From Myxococcota bacterium (GTDB lineage Bacteria; Myxococcota_A; Polyangia; Polyangiales; Sandaracinaceae), in contig JAYZQJ010000242.1 of NCBI GenBank assembly GCA_036149055.1, positions 1 to 27,243 of the forward strand: DNA of 27,243 nucleotides, given 5' to 3'. Positions 26,021-27,243 of the stretch are shown here, in pieces. The translations under genes were made by a program, and so were the position numbers. Each line of letters starts with the position of its first letter. Position 1 is the stretch's first letter. The notes beneath the pieces were generated by a model. The model had not been told where the DNA came from. It saw only the letters and a program-made list of their open reading frames with translations, and searched no databases.

Positions 26021-26794
26021 ATGCGTCGACTCTGCCTCGCGCTCCTCCTGGTCACCGCCTGCTCGTCCGACACCCGGGGAGCCGACGGCTCGGTCTCGCG
26101 TCCGGACTCAGCCATCCCGCTGCCCGACGGGGCAGTGCCTGACAGCGCGGTGCTCGACGGGGCAGTGCCCGACGCTGCGGTGGCGCGGGACGCCGGCGGC
26201 TCGGAGGACGACGCGGGCCCGCCGCCCCCCTCGATCCAGGTCTGCCAGCTCGCGTGCGAGGCGGCGGCCGACTGCGGCTCCGCGAGCCCGGCGTTCGACG
26301 CCGACAACTACGCCTGCGAGGGCGGCGTCTGTCGCTACACCGGCTGCCGGAGCGACGGCGAGTGCCGGGCGACCTTCTCGCGCGACGACTACGTCTGCCG
26401 GGACGGCGCGGCCGGCGTGCCCACCTGCCTGCTCGGGTGCGCGTCCGCCGCCGACTGCGACAACGGCACGGCCGCCTTCGACGCGGACAACTACGCCTGC
26501 GAGGGCGGCGCCTGCCATTACACCGGCTGCAACGTCGACGCGGAGTGCGAGGCGACGTTCATGTCGAGCGCCTACGGCTGCTTCGAGGCGCCGCCGCCGA
26601 GCACGCCCCTGCCGGTGCCGACCGCCGACCGCAACTGCGTGCGCCGCTGCGCGACCGCGGCCGACTGCGCCACCGACTCGGGCGCGTACGCGGCGGAGCA
26701 CTACGCCTGCGTCGACGGCGGCTGCCGCTGGACCGGCTGCGACGCCGACGCGGACTGCAGCGCCTCGCTCATGCGCGACGCCGTCTGTCGGTGA
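26021..26794 (+). CDS. Cys-rich lipoprotein with three tandem disulfide-rich repeats
   Basis: Lipobox VTAC and a PDGAV/DAG linker, then three copies of C-x3-C-x2-AADC-x5-A(F/Y)-x-A-x2-YAC-x-(G/D)G-x-C-x-(Y/W)TGC-x2-D-x2-C. Confidence 0.85.
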   Translation: MRRLCLALLLVTACSSDTRGADGSVSRPDSAIPLPDGAVPDSAVLDGAVPDAAVARDAGGSEDDAGPPPPSIQVCQLACEAAADCGSASPAFDADNYACEGGVCRYTGCRSDGECRATFSRDDYVCRDGAAGVPTCLLGCASAADCDNGTAAFDADNYACEGGACHYTGCNVDAECEATFMSSAYGCFEAPPPSTPLPVPTADRNCVRRCATAADCATDSGAYAAEHYACVDGGCRWTGCDADADCSASLMRDAVCR

Positions 26795-26808
26795 GCCTCG
26801 ACGCTCTG

Positions 26809-27243
26809 CTCGAGAGTGGCAAACAACGGCGCCGGGGCACCCCCGCCCCCTTCTACGACGACCGACCCGAGACGACGGCAGGCGACGAGCGCAGCGAGGT
26901 CGCCGCACGCGCCCCTCCAGTCGTTCCATCCCGCGGCAGCGGGCGACCAGCTCGCGCGCAGCGCGAGCGCGAGCCGCAGGGCCCCCAGCGCCCCGCGCTG
27001 GGGTCGCGGCGCGAGCGCGAAGCGCGAGGCGCCGGCGGAGTCGGGAGGGGGGCCATTGGCGCTTTGCCCAATGGGGGGAGGGTTTGCCCCAAGCCCTCCG
27101 ATGAACTCGAGAGGTGGCAAACAATTGCGCGGGGGCTGCCCTAGCCCGTGTCCACGACGACCGACCCGAGACGACGGCAGGCGACGAGCGCAGCGAGGTC
27201 GCCGCACGCGCCACTCGAGTCGTTCGATCCCGCGGCAGCGGGC
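26809..27243 (+). repeat. ~298-bp tandem non-coding repeat, second copy truncated by the window end
   Basis: ctcgaga(g)gtggcaaacaa occurs at 26809 and 27106. A ~90-bp block acgacgaccgacccgagacgacggcaggcgacgagcgcagcgaggtcgccgcacgcgcc...cccgcggcagcgggc occurs at 26855 and 27154 with few differences. Confidence 0.9.

Noticed and set aside
26809..27243. Possible CRISPR array
   Set aside because: Unit ~298 bp, only two copies visible, no 25-45-bp repeat/unique-spacer periodicity and no cas genes.

Overview
Very GC-rich, gene-dense bacterial DNA that looks like Myxococcota (probably Polyangiales/Sandaracinaceae-like; inferred from the Glt-type genes, a Hanks-type kinase and many lipoproteins with Asp-Ala-Gly linkers). 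The centrepiece is a seven-gene, mostly translationally coupled minus-strand operon (14309..4396) encoding an Agl-Glt/Nfs-type trans-envelope complex. Its order is OM beta-barrel, an unusual secreted protein, GltC-, GltD-, GltE-, GltF- and GltG-like, with no AglRQS motor genes. Nearby is a four-gene signalling operon (18505..14908): CheY, CheX-like phosphatase, stand-alone FIST (NosP-like) sensor and a CheA-class kinase lacking the CheW-like P5 domain. No chemoreceptor, CheW, CheR or CheB occurs in the window. Other genes encode a Ser/Thr kinase coupled to a small Cys-rich lipoprotein, SlyD, an AraC-HTH/O6-methylguanine methyltransferase, a GNAT, two alpha/beta hydrolases, an orphan molybdopterin oxidoreductase coupled to an SGNH hydrolase, a VOC/glyoxalase protein and several lipoproteins. 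Both window ends are non-coding and carry structured repeats: a ~220-bp imperfect palindrome plus a 45-bp direct repeat at the left, and a ~298-bp tandem unit with hairpins at the right. Many starts appear leaderless (-10-like hexamer ~6 nt upstream). All calls come from motif recognition only; no database searches were run.
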